Source: an uncultured Gammaproteobacteria bacterium
GTDB taxonomy: Bacteria > Patescibacteriota > Patescibacteriia > Magasanikbacterales > GWA2-37-8
Reading direction: 5' to 3'
DNA length: 64,000 nucleotides
Assembly (NCBI GenBank): GCA_964596525.1
Contig: CAZQUL010000001.1
Span: forward strand, 601,956-665,955
Both the position numbers and the translations under genes were made by a program. Shown one piece after another: positions 55,302-64,000 of this stretch (its first letter is position 1; each line of letters begins with the position of its first letter). The notes under the pieces were generated by a model that saw only the letters and a list, made by a program, of their open reading frames with translations, was not told the origin of the DNA and searched no databases.

Positions 55302-56564
55302 ATGAATGCAGTTATAGAAAAACTCCTCACCGAACTCCCCGATAGCCCTGGCATCTATCTATTTTACGATACCCAGGGCGAACTCATCTACGTCGGCAAA
55401 GCCACCTCGCTCACGTCGCGCGTAAGGAGTTACTTCCGCGGCAAACGCACGCCACGCCCTATCGAGAACATGATCCATGAAGTGGTCCGTTTCGAAACCA
55501 AAACCACCGACTCCGCGCTCGAAGCCGTCATTCTCGAAGGTGTTTACATCAAAAAATACTTGCCCAAGTATAACGTCATGGGCAAAGACAATAAAAGCTG
55601 GAACTACCTCGTCCTCACCAAAGAAACGTACCCGCATCTCCGCAGTTTGCGCGAGCACGACCTCAAGCTCCTCGGTGCCCGCGAACGGGCGGCACAGTTT
55701 CGGGAGGAATTCGGTCCCTATCCCGGGCTTAACATGCGTGCCGCGCTCAAAACGCTCCGGCGGCTTTTCGTCATTTCCTCCTGCACGCCGGATGAAGGCC
55801 GTCCGTGCCTTTACCGCCAAATGGGCCAATGCCTCGGCGTCTGCACTGGCGAGATTACTCCCAAAGAATACGAAGAACGCGTCATCCGTCCGCTTACCCT
55901 CTTTTTGCGCGGCGAAAAAAAGCGCCTCATCCGCGAACTCGAACGCTGCATGAAAAAACTCGTTAAAGAAGAAAAATTCGAAGAAGCAACCCGCGTACGC
56001 GACCAACTGCGCGCTCTCATGCATATCCATGATGTCGCCCTTCTTAATGATTCGTTCGTTGAGGATGTGGGCCTCATCCGCGCGCATCGGGGTGGGGAAG
56101 TGGAGAGCCTGCGCATCGAGGGGTACGACATCTCCAATCTCGGCTCAACCGGCAAAGTCGGCAGTATGGTTGTTTTCGACGGCGACGGACCGGTCAAATC
56201 GCAGTACCGCAAGTTCAACATCAAAACCGTCGAAGGGCAAAGCGACGTGGACTGTCTCAAAGAAGTTCTTGCCCGTCGCTTCACGCATCCCGAATGGCCA
56301 CAGCCAACCCTTTTACTCATTGATGGTGGCCGCCCGCAGGTCAACGCCGCGCATTCCGTGATGCAGAGCCTCGGCCTCACCATTCCGGTCGTCGGGATCG
56401 CCAAAGGTCCCGAGCGCAAGCGCAATGATTTCATCTTCGCCGAAGTGGAAGCGAAGACGGTGGAGTTCGTAAGTACCCATCAACCCCTTCTCATCCGCGT
56501 GCGCGACGAGGCGCATCGGTTCGCGATTACGTTTCAGAGGAGTAAGAGGAGGATTACGAGGTAG
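55302..56564 (+). CDS. uvrC: Excinuclease ABC subunit C, short form lacking the C-terminal (HhH)2 domain
   Basis: N-terminal GIY-YIG (GIYLFYD...LIYVGKA...R), a UVR coiled-coil (EEATRVRDQLRAL) and an RNase-H-like endonuclease region ending ...RVRDEAHRFAITFQR. 420 aa. Confidence 0.75.
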   Translation: MNAVIEKLLTELPDSPGIYLFYDTQGELIYVGKATSLTSRVRSYFRGKRTPRPIENMIHEVVRFETKTTDSALEAVILEGVYIKKYLPKYNVMGKDNKSWNYLVLTKETYPHLRSLREHDLKLLGARERAAQFREEFGPYPGLNMRAALKTLRRLFVISSCTPDEGRPCLYRQMGQCLGVCTGEITPKEYEERVIRPLTLFLRGEKKRLIRELERCMKKLVKEEKFEEATRVRDQLRALMHIHDVALLNDSFVEDVGLIRAHRGGEVESLRIEGYDISNLGSTGKVGSMVVFDGDGPVKSQYRKFNIKTVEGQSDVDCLKEVLARRFTHPEWPQPTLLLIDGGRPQVNAAHSVMQSLGLTIPVVGIAKGPERKRNDFIFAEVEAKTVEFVSTHQPLLIRVRDEAHRFAITFQRSKRRITR

Positions 56565-56654
56565 TTTGTTTCACGCCCTTAATCCTTGCGGACAAGACGA
56601 TTTTAAGCCAGTATAAAACGCTATTCTAATAGGAAACTAATTCCCTTTATACCT

Positions 56655-57287
56655 ATGAAAAAAATACTTTTCTTTCTACCAGCTATTCTTTTATTAGGCA
56701 CTGCCTGTACCCGCAGTCAACCGGTTATGCAACAGAGTTTTAAAGATCAGCCGGCTGCCGTTGCTACCGAAACGTTGAAACAGTCCATCTATAGTATTTC
56801 AGATGGTCCAAAAAAAGGTTGGAAAACATATACTAACTCTGCCTATAATTTTAGCTTTAGTTTTCCAGCCGATTTTCAATTTAAAGAACATCCTGCCTAT
56901 CAGCTAAAGGACGAGAACGAGATCGGTGGCTCTCCCGAGCGGTACGGTCAGACGTTCAACGTCGTCACTATCGAGCTGAATAAAGGACCGAAAGTCAGTT
57001 TCAATCTTGCTATGAATCTGGCGGGCGGTTGCAGCGAGACCGCTACAATTGTTACTGAGCAGGCCATGAGAATAGGCGGGCAGGCGATAACCAAATATGT
57101 TACTACCGATGAAAAGATTGACCCTTCCGTTGTTTGTTTTGACTATGCCGGGTTCGAGTTGGGAAGGAATCTTTTCAAGATGGTGGGCCAGGCCCCTTTG
57201 AATGATAAAAAAATTGAATTTATTTTCGATTCGATCGCGCAGAGTTTCAGGTTTACCAGTACAACCAACCCCGTTCCGCTTAAATAG
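56655..57287 (+). CDS. Putative lipoprotein
   Basis: Signal peptide MKKILFFLPAILLLGTAC. Confidence 0.5.
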   Translation: MKKILFFLPAILLLGTACTRSQPVMQQSFKDQPAAVATETLKQSIYSISDGPKKGWKTYTNSAYNFSFSFPADFQFKEHPAYQLKDENEIGGSPERYGQTFNVVTIELNKGPKVSFNLAMNLAGGCSETATIVTEQAMRIGGQAITKYVTTDEKIDPSVVCFDYAGFELGRNLFKMVGQAPLNDKKIEFIFDSIAQSFRFTSTTNPVPLK

Positions 57288-57397
57288 CCAGGGGTAATGA
57301 GAAACAGCTACATTACGTGGTTTGGTAAAGTCCGCCGGGTGCTTGACGTATATCATAAGTACCTATATAATAAGTACACTTATTATTATATCGTACT

Positions 57398-57823
57398 ATG
57401 ATCACCGCAACGTATTCCATCGTCACCCGAGAAGTAAGCAAGGAACAGATGTGGAAGCTTATGTCGAACGTCGACGGCTGGAAAGAATGGGACCCGACCG
57501 TGGAATACTCAAAGCTCGAAGGTAATTTTGTAACCGGCAGTTTTTTCACCCTCAAAGCCGTCAAAGCCCCGCGCGTCAAAATCCGTTTGGCCGATGTCCG
57601 CGCGCCGGGGTACTTCAAAGATGAAACGTCGTTTCCTCTCGCGACTATGAACGGCGAACATTGGTATGAAGACACGGCGGAAGGGCTCAAGATCACCGTC
57701 ACCATGACCATCACCGGCCCGCTGTCGTGGCTCTGGAACAAAATCGTGATGAACGACATCGTCAAAAATCTTCCGGACGACGTGGCACGCCAGACCGCGG
57801 CCGCGAAAAAAATTTCTCTCTAA
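57398..57823 (+). CDS. SRPBCC (START/Bet v1-like) family protein
   Basis: 141 aa with the polyketide-cyclase-like beta-grip pattern. Confidence 0.45.
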   Translation: MITATYSIVTREVSKEQMWKLMSNVDGWKEWDPTVEYSKLEGNFVTGSFFTLKAVKAPRVKIRLADVRAPGYFKDETSFPLATMNGEHWYEDTAEGLKITVTMTITGPLSWLWNKIVMNDIVKNLPDDVARQTAAAKKISL

Positions 57824-57825
57824 AT

Positions 57826-58281
57826 ATGCCGACTAAGAATGATTCCACGTTTTCCGTGGAAACTCCCGCCGAGAGCAGTGGCTTTTTGCTCTGGCAGGTG
57901 ACGAGCTGCTGGCAGCAGGAAATCAAACAAGCTCTGCGCGAGTTCGACTTGACGCACACGCAGTTCGTCCTGCTCGCTAGTATGCTCTGGTTTCTGGAAC
58001 ATAAAGAACCGGTGCACCAAATCAAACTTTCGTCGCATGCGCTCATCGACCCGATGACCACGTCGACGGTTTTACGCACGCTCGAGAAAAAAGGCTATGT
58101 TACGCGTGTCGATAACCAAAAAGATGCGCGTGCCAAAAACATCACGCTGACGAATGCGGGGAAGAAATGCGCGGAAAAAGCGGTTAAGAAAGTTGAAGAG
58201 TGTGATAGGGATTTTTTTAAAACGCTTGGCAAACAAACAAGAGAACTCAACGTTCTCTTGGGAAAGCTCGTGCAATGTTAG
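57826..58281 (+). CDS. MarR-family transcriptional regulator
   Basis: wHTH ...LTHTQFVLLASML...IKLSSHALIDPMTTSTVLRTLEKKGYVTRV. Confidence 0.65.
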   Translation: MPTKNDSTFSVETPAESSGFLLWQVTSCWQQEIKQALREFDLTHTQFVLLASMLWFLEHKEPVHQIKLSSHALIDPMTTSTVLRTLEKKGYVTRVDNQKDARAKNITLTNAGKKCAEKAVKKVEECDRDFFKTLGKQTRELNVLLGKLVQC

Positions 58282-58333
58282 TTATACTTCTCTCACACGG
58301 TTCACAATGATTCTGATCAGCTGTAGAATTTAT

Positions 58334-58762
58334 TTATAAGGGCTTTTTTTCGTCAAATAAAGATTTAACTATCATAAAAATCTGACCCACGATCAAAAGA
58401 GGCGAAAAAAGAATTATAAGCGCCACGTTCCCCAAGGGAAATCCCCGGTAAAATGGTTCCGCCGGCGTTAGACGCAGTCCAGCGGCCTCAAAACGGGCCT
58501 GGATCTCGGTGGGCTGAATTTGGTCAGTATCGAACAACACGTCGACATACTCGTTCAGATCGTCACTCTCGCGTTTCCAAGGAATATGCTGGCAGTTAAA
58601 ATCATTATTAATATTCACGTCCGCCTCGCCGTGGATCATCTCTTCAAGTAGATAGTTAACGCTGTGACGATAGTATTTCTCGCGATAGGGATTGCTCCAG
58701 CCCAGAACGCGGAAACGGATGAGTTTTATGGAGGGATAGGGGAGACCGAGGTAGAGCATCAT
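58334..58762 (-). CDS. Hypothetical protein with C-terminal TM helix
   Basis: 142-aa ORF. Confidence 0.3.
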   Translation of the reverse strand: MMLYLGLPYPSIKLIRFRVLGWSNPYREKYYRHSVNYLLEEMIHGEADVNINNDFNCQHIPWKRESDDLNEYVDVLFDTDQIQPTEIQARFEAAGLRLTPAEPFYRGFPLGNVALIILFSPLLIVGQIFMIVKSLFDEKKPL

Positions 58763-58842
58763 ATAGTAGAGTTCATCTCTAGCGAGCCGTATAAGTTTTT
58801 CAGGGGAAAAATTTGATCCGATGATGAACTAAGGTTCATTAG

Positions 58843-59766
58843 TCACAGTTTTTTTACTTCTTCGCATGTCGGGTAAAAGATTGTTTTTGGCCGGCTGTAA
58901 CTGCCGTCCTCAAAAAGCGTCCAGGCGTAATCTTTGCTGACGGTTGTATTGCTGGTGCATTCGTGTGTGCCGCCATAACAGCGCCATGTCAGGTGTCCTT
59001 GCGCGGCCGATGTCCCGCAAGGGTATACATCACCACCGCCCGTTCCGGTATCCCCGATGGCCGGTAACCCGCGGTAAGCATGGATTGTTTTTCCTTGCAC
59101 GGCTAGTATGATCGTCGAACTGCGCGCGAAAGCTTCTTCGGCGCGGACGCCCTGGTATTCATTAAAATAATAGGGCGAAGTACTGGCGCTCCACAGGCTT
59201 CCGGCAACGATATCGGTATTTCCTTCTCGGCAAAAATAATAGGTGTAGATATCTCGTCCGTACCTTGTACGTGCAAAGTTTTGAATTTTTTCCGATAGAT
59301 TTTTTAGGTATTCCGGCGTATAAATCGTCAGGTGCGTAGTCTGTTGTCGGTTGGTAGTAAAGGCGGGTAAAGTGCTTACCTTTTGGTAGGTTTCCGAATC
59401 ATTAATCAGGGTCGTGATGAGATCGCCGCCTTCAGTGCGCGCTTGCCGATAGCCGATGCAGTCGTCACGGTCGTAGGTATAAAAATAAAGATAGTAGTCT
59501 GATTGGCTTTGATGGCTAATACTTTTATATTCCGATTGGGGAATTATCTTTTTATCAAAGTAATTAGTCTTATAAAAATTGAGCAGCTTTTGACGCTCAT
59601 CGGCAGTCATTTCTTCGGGCCGTGTAACCGACGCAGCGATGGAGGCTGCTTTAGTCGAAGATTGTGTTCTCGATTGCGCCTGTTTACTTGCTGGCAAGTT
59701 CGTTGAGCAACCGGAGATAAGTAATGACAAAGTAATGAGATAGAATATCGAGCGATAGGTAGGCAT
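58843..59766 (-). CDS. Putative lipoprotein
   Basis: Signal peptide ending LLISGC (canonical lipobox). 307 aa. Confidence 0.5.
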   Translation of the reverse strand: MPTYRSIFYLITLSLLISGCSTNLPASKQAQSRTQSSTKAASIAASVTRPEEMTADERQKLLNFYKTNYFDKKIIPQSEYKSISHQSQSDYYLYFYTYDRDDCIGYRQARTEGGDLITTLINDSETYQKVSTLPAFTTNRQQTTHLTIYTPEYLKNLSEKIQNFARTRYGRDIYTYYFCREGNTDIVAGSLWSASTSPYYFNEYQGVRAEEAFARSSTIILAVQGKTIHAYRGLPAIGDTGTGGGDVYPCGTSAAQGHLTWRCYGGTHECTSNTTVSKDYAWTLFEDGSYSRPKTIFYPTCEEVKKL

Positions 59767-59884
59767 ACTTTTTTGTTTAACACATTAATTATACTAAATC
59801 TATTTACCGGAAAATGGAAATAAAAGGTAAGAAAATGAGCAGTTTTTTGAAAACTGCTCAAAGTATTTTCGACGCTTGTCGCGG

Positions 59885-60919
59885 TTACGGACGAAGCGTG
59901 AAAATTTTGCGCGGACTGCTGCTCATGATTACGCTGAAGTTGTACTCAACGCCTTTTGCGTATGAGCCAGTATCGTAGCAGTATGTTCCGCCTCCACAGC
60001 CGCGCCATCGGCCGTTAGGATCGTTGGCGATAATCGTGGCGGTTCGATAGTCGTTACCGTTAAAGCCGGTTACGACAATGTAGTGTCCCGCGCTGCTGAA
60101 CGCTCGTGAGCCGAGAATGACCGGCCGTCCGGCACGTATCTCTGTTTGGATGGCGGAAAAAATTTGTGCCGAACTCGACTCGTCGTAACCTATGGCTAGG
60201 CTGTACGTCCCTTGCAGGTAGTCGATCAGAACATCTTTTCCCCGGAGTCCTTCGGGGCCGGACGTGGCCGCAAAACACGATTGGGCAGCTGTGATCATGC
60301 TATTCTTGTCGGCTCTGATTTTGGCTTGATAGGCCAAGATCATTGCCGCGCTGGTCGAAGCACAGGCTGACGGGCCGATTACCGGGATTTCGTATTGGCT
60401 GAAGTACGGCACGTCCAGCTCTAGCCGATTCCCGACTTCCCACGATACCGACAGGCTGAACCCGGCATCCACATTGCTCGCGACGTAAAAGTAGTCGCTG
60501 CTACCGAAGCCAGTGCCCTGCATTCGATCCACGTATAGAGCCCCGTTTGTACTCGTGCCGCGGTACAGCCATCCCAGGCCTGTCCAACTGTAGCGTGTCA
60601 GATCAGGATTGCCTTTCGTCGGTGTCAACGTGGCGAAGTATGTTTGATTGCTGGCTAAACCTGAAGGCTTAAAGAGCACTCCAGAACCGCCAAACAATGA
60701 AAAGCCTGTGGTGTAATTGAGGCCTTGCCGCAGCATGCCTGTCTGACCACTTTCTTCCGCGTTCGACGTATCTGCAGAAGAGAAGTTTCGGAGGTGAATT
60801 ACACTCCCATCAGATGCAGGGAGTTCTCCTGTGGCTGTACCGTCGCACCCCAACATTAGAAGCGCTGCCCCTGCGAGCATCGCCACGCCGCTTGTCAACG
60901 AACGAACGCTTTTCAACAT
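59885..60919 (-). CDS. Lipoprotein with C-terminal papain-like C39-like peptidase domain
   Basis: Start MLKSVRSL... with lipobox LMLGC. C-terminal YFSQ...GPSACASTSAAMILAY (Cys nucleophile) and SAGHYIVVTG (His). Confidence 0.5.
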   Translation of the reverse strand: MLKSVRSLTSGVAMLAGAALLMLGCDGTATGELPASDGSVIHLRNFSSADTSNAEESGQTGMLRQGLNYTTGFSLFGGSGVLFKPSGLASNQTYFATLTPTKGNPDLTRYSWTGLGWLYRGTSTNGALYVDRMQGTGFGSSDYFYVASNVDAGFSLSVSWEVGNRLELDVPYFSQYEIPVIGPSACASTSAAMILAYQAKIRADKNSMITAAQSCFAATSGPEGLRGKDVLIDYLQGTYSLAIGYDESSSAQIFSAIQTEIRAGRPVILGSRAFSSAGHYIVVTGFNGNDYRTATIIANDPNGRWRGCGGGTYCYDTGSYAKGVEYNFSVIMSSSPRKIFTLRP

Positions 60920-61117
60920 GACCCATCTTCTTTCCGCCGGTATCATAAAACCGGCCTCGTTGCCGGTGTAAGAAAAAAAACGCCTCAACGCGAGACGTTC
61001 CCTCCTTACTACCGAAGAATAGTTTAGACCTGCAAAAATCGAGCGCATGGGTTTCGTGTGGATAAGATTCAAATGTAAGTACGCATCGGGCTCATTTTCT
61101 GCTACGATTATCTCACT

Positions 61118-61846
61118 ATGAAAAAACTCCACCACCTCATCCTCCCTTCCTTTGATTTGGCTTCGCAGACTCCCGGTTCACCGTTCACCCTAACCGATCG
61201 TGCTTCCCTCCATCACCTCACGCGCGTTCTCAAACTCACTCCCGGCGAATGTTGTGTCGTGGGTGATGGCAAAGGAGTGCAGCTCTTCCTCGAACTCACC
61301 GACGTCGGAATACAAAAACTATCCGGCATCGTCCGCGAAGTCTTTCGGGGGAGAGGGGAGAGTAAACGCTCGGTTGCGCTCTGCATTGCCGTCCTCAAAC
61401 GCGACTCCTTCGAATGGGCTGTCCAAAAGGCCGTCGAAGTCGGTGTTACAACGATTGTTCCGCTTCTCACCGAACGCACCGTCAAAACCGGTTTCAACAA
61501 AGAACGCCTCATGACCATCATCCGCGAAGCGGTGGAACAATCCGAACGCAGTGTTGTGCCTAAACTCTATGACCCGATGAAGCTCGGCGATGCGTTCACC
61601 TGGTGTGTGCAAGAAAAGCACATGCCGTACTGGTGTGATACGCCGTCTGATTTTCAGCGTGATTCATCTTTTGTCGGTAGCCAGCCGGCGGCGGTATTTA
61701 TCGGTCCAGAGGGTGGTTGGAGTGAAGCTGAGCGTCTGCGGGCTCATTCTCAGAATGTGCAGACGTTACTTCTCACCCCCACCGTCCTGCGCGCCGAGAC
61801 TGCTGCAACGCTCGCCTGCTTTGCACTTCTCGGTCAAAACGAGTAA
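61118..61846 (+). CDS. rsmE: 16S rRNA (uracil1498-N3)-methyltransferase RsmE
   Basis: 242 aa. C-terminal FIGPEGGWSEAE SPOUT-fold motif with an N-terminal PUA-like domain. Confidence 0.75.
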   Translation: MKKLHHLILPSFDLASQTPGSPFTLTDRASLHHLTRVLKLTPGECCVVGDGKGVQLFLELTDVGIQKLSGIVREVFRGRGESKRSVALCIAVLKRDSFEWAVQKAVEVGVTTIVPLLTERTVKTGFNKERLMTIIREAVEQSERSVVPKLYDPMKLGDAFTWCVQEKHMPYWCDTPSDFQRDSSFVGSQPAAVFIGPEGGWSEAERLRAHSQNVQTLLLTPTVLRAETAATLACFALLGQNE

Positions 61847-61877
61847 GGTAATGGTACAATTTACCTAAGCCCCTAAC

Positions 61878-62348
61878 GTGTCAGCTATGCCTCTCTCTGC
61901 CCGTGTTACAGCTCCCACCTTTTCCCTTTCCGACCAAGACGGCAAACTCCACAGCCTTGCCGATTACCGCGGCTCATGGGTCGTGCTCTACTTTTATCCC
62001 AAAGACGACACTCCGGGATGCACCAAAGAAACCTGCAGTTTCCGGGACAACCTCCCGCACTTCAAAGATCTCAAGGCCCAGGTTTTCGGTATTAGCGCCG
62101 ACTCGGTGAAAAGCCACAAGAAATTCGCCGAAAAATTCCAGGTTTCCTTTCCGCTCCTGTCCGATGAAAGTAAAGAAACCATCCATGCGTACGGCGTCTG
62201 GGGCAAGAAAAAGTTTATGGGGCGCGAATACGACGGTATTTTGCGCACTACCTTTATTATCAATCCGCAAGGGGAGATCGCGCGGGTGTTTGAGAATGTA
62301 AAGCCGGAAGGGCATGCCGAAGAAGTTATGCGGGCTATTTCTTCCTAA
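61878..62348 (+). CDS. bcp: Peroxiredoxin Bcp (thiol peroxidase)
   Basis: YFYPKDDTPGCTKE is the peroxidatic Cys motif. Confidence 0.85.
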   Translation: MSAMPLSARVTAPTFSLSDQDGKLHSLADYRGSWVVLYFYPKDDTPGCTKETCSFRDNLPHFKDLKAQVFGISADSVKSHKKFAEKFQVSFPLLSDESKETIHAYGVWGKKKFMGREYDGILRTTFIINPQGEIARVFENVKPEGHAEEVMRAISS

Positions 62349-62460
62349 GTAAGGCCCTTTCACACCCTGCAACGCACCCTGGCCAGGCTTTTTTGCCGCC
62401 ACGACCTCTATTCTTGACATTTCTCGCTTCTTCCTTTAGGATAGCGTCACGTTCTTCTCT

Positions 62461-62802
62461 ATGGCTCGACAATCGCGCGCCTCCGATTCTTCCAGTGAGG
62501 CGCTTAAATTCATCACCAAATGTCCGCTCTGTAACGAAGCGTACGACCCGAGCCGTGCTCACTTTTTTGGTAAAACCGATCGTGCCACGCTCGTGCACAT
62601 TACCTGTCTCAACTGTCAGAGCTATTTCATGGCCATGGTCGTCATGATGGGGCACGGCCTTAGTTCTGTGGGCATGATCACCGATTTGAGCCTCTCTGAT
62701 GCCGAACGTCTGTACCAAGCCCCGCCCGTCACGCTCGACGAAGCTCTCAAGGCTGTGGAAGAAATGGAAAACCCCTCTTTTATCTCGCATTTTATTTCTT
62801 AA
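62461..62802 (+). CDS. Small zinc-ribbon protein
   Basis: 113 aa with CPLC...CLNC. Confidence 0.35.
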   Translation: MARQSRASDSSSEALKFITKCPLCNEAYDPSRAHFFGKTDRATLVHITCLNCQSYFMAMVVMMGHGLSSVGMITDLSLSDAERLYQAPPVTLDEALKAVEEMENPSFISHFIS

Positions 62803-62826
62803 AAAAATTCCGTTTAACCGTTATAT

Positions 62827-63531
62827 ATGTCCCATAGTTTGGTTGCCCTCACTCGCTCTGGCCGCGCCGATGTTACCCGCGCCAGTGGTCAAATCCCCGG
62901 TACGCTCTACGGCGGTACCTTACCTCCGGCTTCCATTGCCGTCGATCTGCAGCAGTTTACCAAGCTTTACTCCGAAGCTGGTGAGTCCACCCTTATCGAC
63001 CTCACGGTTGATGGCAAGAGCGCTGGCAAGGTTCTTGTTCAGGATGTTCAGCATGACCCGCTTACGTCGCGCCTCATCCACCTCGATCTGCGCCGCATCG
63101 ACATGAACAAAGAGCTCACTGCTCCGGTCGAACTGCGCTTCGTGGGCGAAGCTCCGGTCATCAAAGCTTCGGGTGGTACGCTCGTCACTACCCTCAATAC
63201 AGTTACGGTTAAATGTTTGCCGAAAGATCTCGTTTCACACATTGACGTCAATATTTCTACACTTGCTTCCTACGATGTATCGATTGCGGTAAAAGACATC
63301 GTCGTTCCTGCGGGCATTGCCATCATCGAACCGGCCCCAGAAGCGCTCGTCGTCAAAGCCGCCCCGGCTATCACCGAAGAAGAAATCAAAGCTATGGAAG
63401 AAGCTGGCAAAGCTCCAGTCGACCTCTCGAAGATCGAATCTGCGGTCAAGAAGAAAGAGAAAGAAGATGAAGCTGAAGGTGCTGCCGCCGCTACCGAAGG
63501 TGACAAGGCCGAAAAGTCCGACAAAAAATAA
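62827..63531 (+). CDS. rplY: 50S ribosomal protein L25 / general stress protein Ctc
   Basis: 234 aa. N-terminal L25 beta-barrel (…RSGRADVTRASGQIPGTLYGG...) plus a Ctc-type C-terminal extension with an acidic tail. Confidence 0.8.
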   Translation: MSHSLVALTRSGRADVTRASGQIPGTLYGGTLPPASIAVDLQQFTKLYSEAGESTLIDLTVDGKSAGKVLVQDVQHDPLTSRLIHLDLRRIDMNKELTAPVELRFVGEAPVIKASGGTLVTTLNTVTVKCLPKDLVSHIDVNISTLASYDVSIAVKDIVVPAGIAIIEPAPEALVVKAAPAITEEEIKAMEEAGKAPVDLSKIESAVKKKEKEDEAEGAAAATEGDKAEKSDKK

Positions 63532-63550
63532 TCTTCCAACACGTATACCA

Positions 63551-63576
63551 CAAAACGGGATGAACTCCCGTTTTTT
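63551..63576 (+). terminator. Rho-independent terminator after rplY
   Basis: aaaacggga-tgaac-tcccgtttt, a 9-bp stem followed by a T-run. Confidence 0.6.
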
Positions 63577-63744
63577 GGTTCGTCAAAACCTTTAAGTTTA
63601 AGAGTTTGTCAGATTAACATCAGCGAGTGTGCTATCATTGTCTTGGTAAGATAGGGGTGAGGTGTCGAGGTGGGGTTTTATGTTTCATATATAATTTAAA
63701 ACCGCATGACGTTCCGTCTGCGGCTTGAAGGTGCGGTGGTGATA

Positions 63745-64000
63745 TTATACGGCGAGGTGCGTATCGAACCAGCGGACGAGCTTGGTCCACTGTTCGGTAG
63801 AAAAGGCCCCTTCCGCGCACCGCTCAGGGTTGGAAGCGCCGGGCGTTCCCCAGATGACAATCATCATGCCAGGGAGCCCGTAATCTTTGTACACCGCAGC
63901 ATGACTCCGGGGGCTCGGCGGATGATCGGTCGCGCCGATAGTGCCGCGCAGATCAATGGTGCGCATGGTGGGCTCGCTGAACCTATCCGGTGCGGAAATG
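63745..64000 (-). CDS. Partial ORF running off the window end (unknown function)
   Basis: Open minus-strand frame from the window edge to a stop at 63745. No motif recognised. Confidence 0.2.
   Translation of the reverse strand, partial: ISAPDRFSEPTMRTIDLRGTIGATDHPPSPRSHAAVYKDYGLPGMMIVIWGTPGASNPERCAEGAFSTEQWTKLVRWFDTHLAV

Overview
The window falls into two compositional halves. Positions 1 to about 38,100 are AT-rich and mobile or defence-dense; from about 38,200 to 64,000 the sequence is GC-richer and mostly housekeeping.

Left half, in order:
- a type I R-M locus (partial hsdS, small membrane ORF, hsdM)
- an AbiEi/AbiEii type IV toxin-antitoxin pair
- a RadC-like JAB protein
- a roughly 25 kb podovirus-like prophage (Dam-like MTase, ParB nuclease, TerS/TerL, portal, scaffold, capsid, beta-helix tailspike, a 14-residue tandem-repeat fibre protein, LysM and 935-aa virion proteins, holin-amidase lysis cassette)
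- a Vsr / HNH endonuclease / C5-MTase type II R-M cargo module
- a large serine recombinase
- a second ParB-MTase fusion with a small HTH protein
- a LexA-like S24 repressor that reads straight into a CBASS-like operon (Mrr-nuclease effector, SMODS-type CD-NTase, E2-like protein, two zinc-ribbon proteins)

Right half, in order:
- a cluster that looks like aminoacyl-nucleoside or aaRS-paralogue chemistry (MccF-like S66 peptidase, aldo-keto reductase, radical SAM, stand-alone AlaRS catalytic-domain paralogue, PepE-like peptidase, truncated alaS). It is bracketed by two copies of a conserved roughly 100-nt non-coding element.
- a CxxC-x17-CxxC protein, polysaccharide deacetylase, UDG-like and GFA proteins
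- uvrA, an HD-domain alarmone-hydrolase-like protein, several lipoproteins, a short uvrC, a MarR regulator, rsmE, bcp and rplY

No rRNA, tRNA or CRISPR array was recognised. Every protein-family call rests on motifs I read myself, not on database searches.
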